From assembly GCA_963805975.1 (NCBI GenBank), contig CAWDVR010000001.1, positions 608,001 through 672,000 on the forward strand: a stretch of DNA of 64,000 nt. The letters run 5' to 3'. The translations under genes and the position numbers were made by a program. The notes under the pieces are model-generated. The model made no database searches. It saw only the letters and a list, made by a program, of their open reading frames with translations, and was not told the DNA's origin. Positions 29,722-39,207 of the stretch are shown here, one piece after another. This stretch comes from an uncultured Acidobacteriota bacterium (GTDB lineage Bacteria > Acidobacteriota > Thermoanaerobaculia > Multivoradales > SZUA-115). How positions within the stretch are numbered: the stretch's first letter is position 1; the number at the start of each line of letters is the position of its first letter.

Positions 29722-30416
29722 CCGCACGGACCTGCCGCTGCCGGCCTTCGCTCTGCCCGCCGGGCGGCGGCTGGCGATGGTGGCGCTCGGCTACATTCCG
29801 TTGCTCCATGCCGGCGCCGTCACCGCCACACTGGTGCTGCCGCTGCTCCGGCCTCTGGCCTCGCTGGGCGTGGGCGCTGGCGCCGCCGACCCTCTTCCTG
29901 CTGCCGCCGCTCGTGGTGCGTCTCGCCCTGCTCGTTCGGCCGCTGGCTGCGGCCTCGATCGAGCTCGGCTCCGGCGCCTTTCTCCTCTGGTGGTTCACCG
30001 CCCAGTGGCAGGCGATCTTCAACCGCCTGGGCTTTCTGGAGGAGCTCCTGCGGCTGGTGCCGGGCCTCTACGGCGCCTGGCTGCGGCTCTGGGGCGCCAG
30101 GGTGGGCCGCCTGGTGTACTTCTCTCCGGAGTGCCGGGTGGTCGACCGGCCGTTCGTCGTCCTCGGCCACCGGGTTCTGCTCTCGATCGGCGCGCGGCTC
30201 TCGCCGCATCTCGTCAGCCGCGGGCCGGATGGCGTGGCGCGGCTGCTCCTGGCGCCGATCGAGATCGGCGACGGCGCGATGATCGGCGGCCACTCCTGGT
30301 TGGGGCCGGGGGCCTTCGTCGCCCCGGGAGAGATGACGCCCGCCGTCTACGCACTGCCCGCGTTCTCCCGCTTCGAGGGCGGCAAGCGCACCCACCATCA
30401 CCCCACCCTGATCTGA
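29699..30416 (+). CDS. Membrane-anchored left-handed beta-helix acyltransferase-like protein; frameshift near 29849
   Basis: Hydrophobic N-terminus; after a 1-nt shift WLRLWGARVGRLVY...PIEIGDGAMIGGHSWLGPG hexapeptide-repeat pattern. Confidence 0.65.
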
Positions 30417-30434
30417 CGGCGAAGCGAATCGACC

Positions 30435-31127
30435 ATGAGCCCCGCCAGCCTTCGCCGCCGTGTTGCCGCCCACCTGCCGCTCAAGCTGGGGCTGACGGGA
30501 GCGTTGCTGGCCGGCGTGTCGCTCGGGTACTTCGGGGTGCAGCGGTTGCGGCTCGTGGCGCCGCTCGCCGTGCCCGGGACCTGGCTCGGCAGTGGGCTCG
30601 ACCGCGCCGTACCCTTCGACCCGAGCTGGACCGGTGTCTACCTCTCGCTCTATCTGCTGACGCCGATCCTGCCCTGGGCCACCGCCGACCGGCACTCGCT
30701 GCTGCGCTATGGCCGCGGCTTCGCCGCGCTGGCAGCGGTGTCGTTTCTCTTCTTCGCGCTGCTGCCGGTGGAGTCGCCGCGGCCGGACACGCTGCCCGAC
30801 CAGGCGCTCTATCGGCTGCTGACCTCCGTCGACGGTACCCTCAACGCCTTTCCCTCTCTCCACGCGAGCCTCGCCATCTACTCCTGGCTGTACGGCCGCC
30901 GGCTGCTGGCCGCGGCCCCGGCCGGCAGCCGGCTCGCCATTCTGGGAGGCCTCGCGCTGTGGATCGCCCTGATCTTCTATTCCACGCTGGCCACCCGCCA
31001 GCACCAGGCCCTGGACCTCGCCGCCGGTGCCCTGCTGGCCTGGGTCTGCGACCGCTGGGCCTGGCGCGGCAGCGCTCGAGCTGCCGGGTCGACATGGATC
31101 GAGCTCACCAGGAGGGAAGCACCATGA
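30435..31127 (+). CDS. PAP2-superfamily membrane phosphatase/phosphotransferase (IPC-synthase-like)
   Basis: LDRAVPF, NAFPSLHAS, STLATRQHQALDLAAG; multiple TMs. Confidence 0.85.
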   Translation: MSPASLRRRVAAHLPLKLGLTGALLAGVSLGYFGVQRLRLVAPLAVPGTWLGSGLDRAVPFDPSWTGVYLSLYLLTPILPWATADRHSLLRYGRGFAALAAVSFLFFALLPVESPRPDTLPDQALYRLLTSVDGTLNAFPSLHASLAIYSWLYGRRLLAAAPAGSRLAILGGLALWIALIFYSTLATRQHQALDLAAGALLAWVCDRWAWRGSARAAGSTWIELTRREAP

Positions 31128-31741
31128 CCAAGCCGAGCCTCGCCCTCGGTCTCGCTCTCGCCGTCTGGGTGGCGCTGCCACTCGCCGCGGAAGACTCGCC
31201 CCAGGCAGTCTCCTCGCCAGCGGCTGCTTCCGAGGAGGCGGATCACGAGGCCCTGCGCGCGCTCCGCGCCTTGTACGAAGAGGCGGCGGCGAAAGGTGAT
31301 CCTGCCGCGCTCGAGCCCCACCTGGCGCCGGACTTCACCGGCGTGATGATCAAGGGCAACGAGGTAGTGGGCTACGCCGGCCTCGCCGAGTTCTGGCGCG
31401 GCGTCCAGCAGCAGATGGGAGAAGGCGGGCACTACAGCGTGCAAGTGCTGGCGGCCGAGAAGAGCCGGATCTTCGGCGACATCGCCCTGGCGCGGGGCTC
31501 CACCGAGGACCGGATCGTCACCGGTGCCGGCCGTGAGCTCCGCTTCACCAGCCAGTGGACGGCGGTCTGCCAGAAGATCGACGGCCGGTGGAAGCTGCTC
31601 CGAGTCCAGGGCACCCTCGATCCCTTGGACAATCCCTTCCTCGACGGCGTGGTGGCGGCCCGCAGCTACCAGGTGGGCGGACTGGCGCTCCTGGCGGGCC
31701 TGGTCCTGGGCTTCCTCGCCGGGAGAAGGCGCCGGGGCTGA
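31124..31741 (+). CDS. Exported NTF2/SnoaL-like (DUF4440) protein with a C-terminal TM anchor
   Basis: Signal peptide; HLAPDFTGV, GDIALARG, WTAVCQKIDGRWKLLRVQ; hydrophobic tail ending GRRRRG. Confidence 0.8.
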   Translation: MTKPSLALGLALAVWVALPLAAEDSPQAVSSPAAASEEADHEALRALRALYEEAAAKGDPAALEPHLAPDFTGVMIKGNEVVGYAGLAEFWRGVQQQMGEGGHYSVQVLAAEKSRIFGDIALARGSTEDRIVTGAGRELRFTSQWTAVCQKIDGRWKLLRVQGTLDPLDNPFLDGVVAARSYQVGGLALLAGLVLGFLAGRRRRG

Positions 31742-31744
31742 TCC

Positions 31745-32717
31745 ATGCTGGCGGCGAGCCTCTCCGCGTCCGCGGCCCCCGCCCGCCGGCTCTTCGCCGA
31801 ACCGGGCGTGGTGGTGCGCGGCTGGTACGTCGCCGCCCCGTCGCGCGAGCTCGAGGCGGGCCGGGTGAAGGCGGTGGAGCTCGGCTCCCGCCGCCTCGCC
31901 GTGTGGCGCGACCGGCAGGGTCGGCCGCACGCCTGCGACGCCCGCTGCCCGCACCTGGGCGCCGATCTCAGTCAGGGTGAGGTGGTGGAGAAGGGTCTGC
32001 GTTGCGCCTTCCATCACTGGACCTTCGACGGCGCCGGCCGCTGCGCCGCGGCACCGGGCTACGATCCGCCGCCCGATCGCCAGACGACGTCGCTGCCGGT
32101 GGCCGAGCGCTTCGGGCTGGTCTGGGTGTGGGCCGGGCCCATCGCCCTCTCGGACCCGCCGGCCTTTCCCGAGGGCGACGCGGAGCGGCGGTACCTGCGG
32201 CTGCCGGCGCCGTCCAGACGGCTCGCCTGCCACCCCCACCTGATCATCGCCAACGGCCTCGACACCGCCCATTTCGAGACCCTCCACGGCATGCGCTACA
32301 CGCGCCAGCCGGCGGTGGAGCGCGGCGGGCCGCACCCGCTCTCGGTGACGCTCGAGGGCCGGCCCCGCTCGGCGCTGCTCGCCGCGCTCACCGGCACCGG
32401 CTCGCGGCCGCTTCGAGCCCGCTTCACCGCGCTGGGGCCGGGGGTGGCGTGGTCGACCGTCGAGTTCGCCCGTCGCCTTCCATACCCTCTACACCGCCCG
32501 CCCGCTGCCGGAGGGCGGCGCCCTCACCCGCCTGGTGCTCTTCCTGCCCCGGCGGCCGGGGCTCGCCCTGCCCCGCGCCCTGCTGCTCATGGCGCTGCTC
32601 CTGCACCGCGACCGCCAGATCCTCGAACGACTGCGCTTCCACCGCGGTTTCGCCGCCCGCGACCAGGCGCTCGCCCGTTTCGCCGAGCTGGTGGATGGGA
32701 TGGAGGTGTTCTCGTGA
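31745..32717 (+). CDS. Rieske [2Fe-2S] non-heme iron oxygenase; frameshift near 32465
   Basis: CPHLG...CAFHHW Rieske motif; NGLDTAHFETLH iron site; removing 1 nt gives a C-terminus ending at a TGA that overlaps the next GTG. Confidence 0.8.
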
Positions 32718-34084
32718 GCCGCCCCTTCCGGCTCACCCTGGTGCACCCCTGCGTGGGCCGCTATCCGGGCATGAAGCGCTACATCCGCACCTGGAAGATG
32801 CAGCCCCTGCCCCCGGCGGTGATCGCGGCGCTGGCGCCCGCCGACGTCGAGAAGCGCTTCTACGACGACCGGCTGGAGGCCATCCCCTTCGACCAGCCCA
32901 CCGACCTGGTGGCGCTCTCCGTCGAGACCTACACCGCCCGCCGCGCCTACCAGATCGCCAGCGAGTTCCGCCGCCGGGGCGTGCCGGTGGTGCTGGGCGG
33001 CTTTCACGCCACGCTCTGCCCGGAGGAGGTGGCGCGCTACGGGGACTCGGTGGTGGTGGGCGAGGCGGAGGAGACCTTCCCCGAGGTGATCGACGACTAC
33101 CGCCACGGCCGGCCACGGAAGCTCTACCGCGCCGCGGACCGGCCCCGCCTGGGCCGGGTGCTGCCGGACCGCTCGATCTTCCGCGGCAAGAGCTACCTTC
33201 CCATCGGCCTCGTGGAGTTCTCGCGCGGCTGCCGCTTCAAGTGCGACTTCTGCGCCATCCAGAGCTTCTTCGACGCCAGCCACAGCCACCACCCGATCGA
33301 CCGCGTGCTCGCCGACGTGGCGCGGGCCCGGCGCCGCGGGCAGATGCTGTTCTTCATCGACGACAACATGAGCTCCGACCTCGAGGCCGCCAAGGACCTG
33401 ATGCGCGCCCTCATTCCCTTGAAGCTGCGCTGGGTGAGCCAGTCGGCGATCAACGTGGCCTTCGACGAGGAGGCGCTGGCGCTGCTGGCGGCGAGCGGGT
33501 GCCAGGGCCTGCTTGTGGGTCTCGAGAGCCTGGATGCCGCGAGCCTCAAGGACATGAACAAGGGGTTCAACCTGATGCGGGGCGGCCCCCGCCAGGCGCT
33601 CGCCAACTTCCGGCGCCACGGGCTGCGCATCTACGGAACCTTCATCTTCGGCTACGACGGCGACGGCCCCGAGGCCTTCGACCGGGCGGTGGAGTTCGGG
33701 CGGGAGGAGGGGCTGTTCATCGCCGCCTTCAACCACATCACGCCGTTTCCCGGCACTCCGCTCTACCAGCGCCTGGCCGCGGAAGGGCGGCTGCTCTACG
33801 ACGCCTGGTGGCTCGACTCCCGCTATCGCTACAACATGGTGCCGTTCACTCCACGCCGGATGAGCGCCGAGGAGCTGGCGGACCGCTGCCTCGACGCCCG
33901 GCGACGCTTCTACGCCTGGGGGAGCATCCTCGAGCGGGCGGCCCGGCGGGTGAACCGCCACAGCCCCTTCATGCTCGCCAACTTCCTCGCCATCAACGCC
34001 ATGCACCAGCGCGACGTGGAGGGGCGAAGCGGCCTGCCGCTGGGAGATCCGGGCTTCGCGGGTCCGCTGCTCGAGGCCGGCTGA
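32714..34084 (+). CDS. B12-binding-domain radical SAM protein 3
   Basis: GTG at 32714 after GGAGG; ETYTARRAYQIASEFRRRGVPVVLGGFHAT; SRGCRFKCDFC; IDDN; GTFIFGYD; TPFPGT. Confidence 0.9.
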   Translation: MSRPFRLTLVHPCVGRYPGMKRYIRTWKMQPLPPAVIAALAPADVEKRFYDDRLEAIPFDQPTDLVALSVETYTARRAYQIASEFRRRGVPVVLGGFHATLCPEEVARYGDSVVVGEAEETFPEVIDDYRHGRPRKLYRAADRPRLGRVLPDRSIFRGKSYLPIGLVEFSRGCRFKCDFCAIQSFFDASHSHHPIDRVLADVARARRRGQMLFFIDDNMSSDLEAAKDLMRALIPLKLRWVSQSAINVAFDEEALALLAASGCQGLLVGLESLDAASLKDMNKGFNLMRGGPRQALANFRRHGLRIYGTFIFGYDGDGPEAFDRAVEFGREEGLFIAAFNHITPFPGTPLYQRLAAEGRLLYDAWWLDSRYRYNMVPFTPRRMSAEELADRCLDARRRFYAWGSILERAARRVNRHSPFMLANFLAINAMHQRDVEGRSGLPLGDPGFAGPLLEAG

Positions 34085-34086
34085 CG

Positions 34087-35211
34087 ATGAGCGGAGCTCC
34101 GGCGGCGGCCCGCTTCCACGCCCGCCTCGCGACCGCGGAAGACGAGGCCGGAGCTCGCGCTCTCCTGGCCTCGCAGGCGATGGGCGGCGCGGTGCGGCTG
34201 GCCTTCGCCCGCGAGCCGGAGATCTCGCGTGCGGCCGGCATCGAGGGCGAGCCGCATCACGGCCTGGTGGTGTGCGAGGAGGGGTCGGGTCGGGTGGTGG
34301 GCTACGGCAGCCGGGCGGTGAAGACGGTGTGGGTGAACGGCGAGCGGGCACGGATCGGTTACCTGGCGCAGCTACGCCGGGCGCCGGACGCGGCGGGCAG
34401 GATCGGCCACCTGGCCATGGGCTTTCGGCTCCTGGCCCAAACCCGCCGCGACGGCGAGCTGCCCTTCGACGTCACCACCATCCTGGCCGACAACCGGGAG
34501 GCCCGCCGGCTGCTCGAAAAGGGTTTCGCCCGGCTGCCCGTCTACCGGCCGCTCGGCACGCTGGCGACGACCACGCTGGCGGTGGCCCGGCGGGCGCCCC
34601 GGCCGGGCGGCGCGGCGCGGGCCGCCACCGCCGCCGATCTGGCGGGCATCGCCGCCTGCCTCGAACGCAACGGCCGCCGCTTCCAGCTCGCCTCGGTCTG
34701 GACGGCCCAGGATCTGGCATCGCCCGTCCGCTGCCGGGGCCTCGCCCCGGCTGATTTTCAGATCGTCGAGCATGCGGGCACAGTGGTGGGCTGCGTCGCC
34801 CTTTGGGACCAACGGGCCTTCAAACAGACCCTCATCGCGGGCTATGCGCGGCCCCTGGCGCTCTCGCGTCCGCTCCTGAATCTGGGCTTTTGGGCCAGCG
34901 GCCGGCCTCTCCTGCCCCGGCCCGGTTCCCTGCTGGCGCTCGCCCACCTCTCGCACCTGGCCGTCGACGGCGACGACCCGGAGGTGGCCGCCGCGCTGGT
35001 GGCCGCCGCCCTCGCCGAGGCGGCCCGCCGCGGGCTCTCCTACCTGGCCCTCGCCCTCGGCGAGCGGCACCCGTTGCGCGCGGCCCTCGCGGCCCGATTT
35101 CCCGGTCGCCGGCTGGAGAGCGTGGTCTACCTGGTCTACAGCCACGGCCGAGAAGGGTGCGAGCCCTGCCTCGACGACCGCCCCCTCCACCTCGAGGCCG
35201 CGACCCTATGA
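34087..35211 (+). CDS. Tandem GNAT-fold acyltransferase-like protein
   Basis: Two repeats beginning R.AT..D; VVGYGSR...GYLAQLRR and VVGCVALWDQRAFKQ. Confidence 0.6.
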   Translation: MSGAPAAARFHARLATAEDEAGARALLASQAMGGAVRLAFAREPEISRAAGIEGEPHHGLVVCEEGSGRVVGYGSRAVKTVWVNGERARIGYLAQLRRAPDAAGRIGHLAMGFRLLAQTRRDGELPFDVTTILADNREARRLLEKGFARLPVYRPLGTLATTTLAVARRAPRPGGAARAATAADLAGIAACLERNGRRFQLASVWTAQDLASPVRCRGLAPADFQIVEHAGTVVGCVALWDQRAFKQTLIAGYARPLALSRPLLNLGFWASGRPLLPRPGSLLALAHLSHLAVDGDDPEVAAALVAAALAEAARRGLSYLALALGERHPLRAALAARFPGRRLESVVYLVYSHGREGCEPCLDDRPLHLEAATL

Positions 35212-35939
35212 AGGGCCGGCTGCTGGCGCGGTCCGAGATCTCGACGGAGCTGGCGGCCGAGATGTTCGGGTTGCTCGAACGGCACTTCGAGGGCGTGGCC
35301 AGGGCCCAGTTCCAGGCCGACCTCGAGGACAAGCACTGGGTGCTGCTGCTCGAGGGCCCGGCGGGCCGGCTCCAGGGCTTTTCCACGCTGAGGCTCGATC
35401 GCGAGGAGGTGGCAGGAGAGCCGGCGACGGTGGTCTATTCCGGGGACACGATCGTCGACCCCGAAGCCTGGGGCTCGTCGGTGCTGGCCCAGGCCTGGAT
35501 CGGTGCGGTGCTCTCGCTGCAGCAGAAACAGGGCGCGGGCCGTCTCTACTGGCTGCTCCTGGCGTCCGGTTTCCGCACCTACCGATTTCTGCCGGTCTTC
35601 TGGCGCGAGTTCTATCCCCGCTTCGACCGGCCCACGCCGGAGAGCCTGCGCGCCGAGGTCGATCGACTGGCGAGGCGGCGTTTCGGCGCCAGCTACGACC
35701 CGGCTGCGGGCGTGGTGCGCTTCCCGCGCCCGCAGCGGTTGCGGGGGGACCTCGCCGAAGTCCCGGCGGCGCGCCGCCACGACCCGCACGTGCGCTTCTT
35801 CGTCGAGGCCAACCCCGGCCACGCGTCGGGCGACGAGCTGGTGTGCTGGGCGGATCTCGATGCCACCAATCTCAGCCGCGCCGGCTGGCGGATGGTGAGG
35901 GCGGGGTCGCCTCTACACGGTGCACCGCCTGGAGGTTGA
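35208..35939 (+). CDS. Conserved hypothetical, GNAT-like protein
   Basis: ATGA overlap; MFGLLERHF, LQGFST, YSGDTIVDPEAWG, YWLLLASGFRTYRFL, NPGH..GDEL. Confidence 0.6.
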   Translation: MKGRLLARSEISTELAAEMFGLLERHFEGVARAQFQADLEDKHWVLLLEGPAGRLQGFSTLRLDREEVAGEPATVVYSGDTIVDPEAWGSSVLAQAWIGAVLSLQQKQGAGRLYWLLLASGFRTYRFLPVFWREFYPRFDRPTPESLRAEVDRLARRRFGASYDPAAGVVRFPRPQRLRGDLAEVPAARRHDPHVRFFVEANPGHASGDELVCWADLDATNLSRAGWRMVRAGSPLHGAPPGG

Positions 35940-35945
35940 TTCGAG

Positions 35946-37472
35946 ATGGGGCGCCTGGGCGCAGCGCTCGCCAACCGCTCGTGGGAGCTCGCCAACGGTG
36001 GCCACGAGCGGGCCTTCCGCGCCGCGCTCGCCGATCCCGCCGCCGCGCAGTGGCGGCTGCTCACCGCCAACCTCCGCGCCAACGCGGGCACCTGGTTCGG
36101 CCGGCGCCATGGCTTCGGGCAGGTCCGCTCGCTGGAACAGTTCCGCCGCCAGGTGCCGATCTCCGCCTACGAGGACTATGAGGAAGCCCTCGGGCGCGTC
36201 CGCCGGGGCGAGCGGGGCGTGCTCACCGCGGAGCCCGTCCTCCGCCTGCAACCGACCAGCGGCTCGACCGCCGGAACGAAGTGGATCGCCTACACGAGGA
36301 GCCTCCGAGGGGAGCTCCACCGCGCCGTGGGAGCCTGGGTCGTCGATCTCTTCCGGCGCCATCCGGCGCTTCGCGACGGTCGCGCCTACTGGTCGATCTC
36401 CCCGGCCACGCCCGCACCCGAAGAGACCTCGGCCGTGCCGCTGGGCTTCGCGGACGACAGCGAGTACCTGGGCGGCGTCGCGGGCTGGCTCGCTCGCCGG
36501 ACCTTCGCCGTGCCCCCGGAGACCGCCAGGCTCCCGGACGTGGACGCGTTCCGCCGCGCCACCCTGTTCCACCTGCTGGCCGCCGCGGACCTGGCGCTGG
36601 TCTCGGTGTGGCATCCGTCCTTCCTCGCGCTGCTCCTCGACGCGTTGCCTCCCGCCTGGGAGTCGCTGCTCCAGAAGCTCGCTGGGCTCCATCCGGCACG
36701 GGCGCGACAGCTCGGCGACCTCGACCCGCGGGCCTGGACGGCGATCTGGCCGCGCCTCGCCGTGGTGAGCTGCTGGGCCGACGCTCAGGCCGCGGCCCCG
36801 GCCGCCGAGCTCGCGGCGCGGCTGCCGGGCGTGACGGTCCAGCCCAAGGGCCTGATGGCCACCGAAGGGGTGCTCTCGATTCCCTTCGCCGGCCGGCGCC
36901 CGGTGGCCGTCACCAGCCATTTTCTCGAGCTTCTCGATGACCAGGATCGCTGCCACGGCGTCGAGGAGGTGGAACCGGGCGGGGAGTACACGCTGGCCCT
37001 CACCACCGGCGGCGGGCTCTACCGCTACCGCCTGGGGGACCGGGTCCGGGTCACCGGCTTTCTCGAGCGGGCTCCCTGCCTCGAGCTCCTGGGCCGCGAC
37101 GATCTGGTTTCGGACCTCGCGGGTGAAAAGCTCTCGGAGGCGTTCGTGGCTCGGGCCCTGGCCGACATCTTCGGTGCCTTCGCCCCGCAGGTCGCCTTCG
37201 CCCAGCTCGCGGCGGAGCAGGGCGCTCCACCGCGCTACAGGCTCCTCCTCGAATGCCGTGCGGATCCGCCCGCCGAGCTCGCCCAGCGGCTCGACCGAGC
37301 TCTCTGTGCCAACCCGCACTATGCCTACTGCCGGCGGTTGGGCCAGCTCGGCGAGATCGAGGTCCGCCGCCTCGCGGCCGGCGCTCACGCTGATTACCTC
37401 GAACGCCACCGCCGGATGGGCCGGCGGCTGGGCGAGATCAAGCCGGCCGCCCTCGAAGGGGTCCCCAGATGA
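35946..37472 (+). CDS. GH3-family acyl-adenylate/amido synthetase
   Basis: FRRQVPISAYEDY, PTSGSTAGTKWI, MATEG, TTGGGLYRYRLGD, LGR, GEKL. Confidence 0.9.
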   Translation: MGRLGAALANRSWELANGGHERAFRAALADPAAAQWRLLTANLRANAGTWFGRRHGFGQVRSLEQFRRQVPISAYEDYEEALGRVRRGERGVLTAEPVLRLQPTSGSTAGTKWIAYTRSLRGELHRAVGAWVVDLFRRHPALRDGRAYWSISPATPAPEETSAVPLGFADDSEYLGGVAGWLARRTFAVPPETARLPDVDAFRRATLFHLLAAADLALVSVWHPSFLALLLDALPPAWESLLQKLAGLHPARARQLGDLDPRAWTAIWPRLAVVSCWADAQAAAPAAELAARLPGVTVQPKGLMATEGVLSIPFAGRRPVAVTSHFLELLDDQDRCHGVEEVEPGGEYTLALTTGGGLYRYRLGDRVRVTGFLERAPCLELLGRDDLVSDLAGEKLSEAFVARALADIFGAFAPQVAFAQLAAEQGAPPRYRLLLECRADPPAELAQRLDRALCANPHYAYCRRLGQLGEIEVRRLAAGAHADYLERHRRMGRRLGEIKPAALEGVPR

Positions 37473-37491
37473 CCGCGTGGCCCGCCGCGGC

Positions 37492-39108
37492 TCAGTCCTG
37501 GATCGAGCGGTCCTTGGTCTCGCGCAGGAACAGCGTGCCGACCACTACGGTCATCAGCGCGACCGCGATCGGGTACCAGAGGCCGTAGTAGATGTTTCCC
37601 GCTCTCGCCACCATCGCCGTGGCGAGGAGCGGCAGCATGCCCCCGAACCAGCCGTTGCCGATGTGGTAGGGAAGCGACATCGAGGTGTAGCGGATGCGGG
37701 TGGGGAAGAGCTCCACCAGGAAGGCGGCGATCGGGCCGTAGACCATGGTGACGTAGAGCACCATGACCACCAGGACGAGGAGCGCCGGCAGGTAGCGGAT
37801 GCGGGCCTTGTCCGCCGCGGGCGGGTAGCCCGTCGCCTCGAGCGCCTCCTTGTACTTCGCCTCGTCCCAGCCCCGCAGCTCGAGCCCGCCGATCCGCGTC
37901 ACCACCTCCTCGCCGGCCGCTGCCGGCAGCGAGGTGAAGGAGAGGCCGGACTTGGTGAGGAAGTCCTTGGCGCGGTCGCAGGCGGAGAACTCGGTGCCCG
38001 GCAGGACAAAGATGTGGAAGCTGCACTCCGACGCCGCGACACTGACCGGGTGGCTCGCCTGGTACTCCTCGAGCGCCGGGTTCACGAAGTGGGTCAGGCC
38101 CTTGAACAGCGGAATGTAGGTGCAGGCCGCCAGCAGGCAGCCGGCGAGGATGATCTTGAGGCGCCCGATGCGGTCCGAGAGGCGGCCGAAGAAGATGAAG
38201 AACGGCGTGCCGATCAGGAGCGACAGGGCGATCAGCGTGTAGGCGGTGACGTAGTCCGCCTTGAGCGTGATGGTCAGAAAGAAGAGGGCGTAGAACTGCC
38301 CCGTGTACCAGACGACGCCCTGGCCAGCCGTGGCGCCCAGCAGGGCGAGCAGCACGAATTTGTTATTTGGGTAGCGCAGGAAGCTGTCGGTGAGCGGCGA
38401 CTTCGAGCCCTTGCCGCTCGCTTTCATGCGCTGGAAGACCGGCGACTCGTGGAGCTTCAGCCGGATGTAGACCGAGAACGCCAGCAGCACGAGCGAGAGC
38501 AGGAACGGGATGCGCCAGCCCCAGGACTTGAAGGTCTCGGGGCTGATCTGCGAACGGCAGAGGCCGATCACCAGCAGCGAGAGGAAGAAGCCGAGGGTGG
38601 CGGTGGTCTGGATCCAGCTCGTGGCACGGCCGCGCTCGCCATCCGGGGCGTGCTCGGCCACGTAGGTCGCGGCGCCACCGTACTCGCCGCCCAGCGCCAG
38701 GCCCTGGAGCAGCCGCAGGCCGACGAGCAGGACCGGCGCCGCGATGCCGATCGTCGCGTAGGTGGGCAGCAGGCCCACCGCGAAGGTCGAGGCGCCCATC
38801 ACCACGATGGTCAGGAGGAAGGTGTGCTTGCGGCCGACCAGGTCCCCCAGCCGGCCGAAGACCAGGGCGCCGAAGGGCCGCACCAGGAACCCCGCTGCGT
38901 AGGTCGCAAAGGCCGAGAGCAGCGCCGCGGTCTCGTTGCCCGGCGGGAAGAAGAGCGCGGCGAAAAACGGCGCCAGGGTGGCGTAGAGATAGAAGTCGTA
39001 CCACTCGAAGACGGTACCGAGCGAGGAAGCGAAAATGACCCGCCGCTCCTCCCTCTTCGAGACCAGGCCGCCGGCGGGGACGGCAGATGCCACGGGTTCG
39101 ACGCTCAT
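37492..39108 (-). CDS. MFS metabolite:H+ symporter (MHS family)
   Basis: SLGTVFEWYDF, RPFGALVFGRLGDLVGRK, QGLALGGEYGG, GWRIPF, ESPVF, ELFPTRIRYT. Confidence 0.93.
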   Translation of the reverse strand: MSVEPVASAVPAGGLVSKREERRVIFASSLGTVFEWYDFYLYATLAPFFAALFFPPGNETAALLSAFATYAAGFLVRPFGALVFGRLGDLVGRKHTFLLTIVVMGASTFAVGLLPTYATIGIAAPVLLVGLRLLQGLALGGEYGGAATYVAEHAPDGERGRATSWIQTTATLGFFLSLLVIGLCRSQISPETFKSWGWRIPFLLSLVLLAFSVYIRLKLHESPVFQRMKASGKGSKSPLTDSFLRYPNNKFVLLALLGATAGQGVVWYTGQFYALFFLTITLKADYVTAYTLIALSLLIGTPFFIFFGRLSDRIGRLKIILAGCLLAACTYIPLFKGLTHFVNPALEEYQASHPVSVAASECSFHIFVLPGTEFSACDRAKDFLTKSGLSFTSLPAAAGEEVVTRIGGLELRGWDEAKYKEALEATGYPPAADKARIRYLPALLVLVVMVLYVTMVYGPIAAFLVELFPTRIRYTSMSLPYHIGNGWFGGMLPLLATAMVARAGNIYYGLWYPIAVALMTVVVGTLFLRETKDRSIQD

Positions 39109-39207
39109 CCAGTCCCTTCCTCGAGGCGGCCGTGGGTCCGTGGGTTCAACCTGCTGCTGCGTGGAAGCGGCATGCTATCCTTTTGAGGCCAAAATCGAGA
39201 TGCCGCC

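Noticed and set aside
29699-31741. 680-aa ORF spanning the LbH, PAP2 and NTF2 genes
   Set aside because: It joins the LbH N-terminus to the NTF2 gene through off-frame sequence caused by the 29849 frameshift.
31745-34084. Apparent 779-aa Rieske-radical SAM fusion in the ORF track
   Set aside because: The linker is Pro/Arg-rich off-frame sequence. A 1-nt correction near 32465 gives a Rieske protein ending at 32717 and a separate GTG-started rSAM with its own RBS.
25194-37472. Calling the operon a hopanoid, ladderane or brGDGT pathway
   Set aside because: No squalene-hopene cyclase, FAS-II/ACP or ether-lipid synthase genes are in the window, and B12-rSAM membership alone does not define the substrate.
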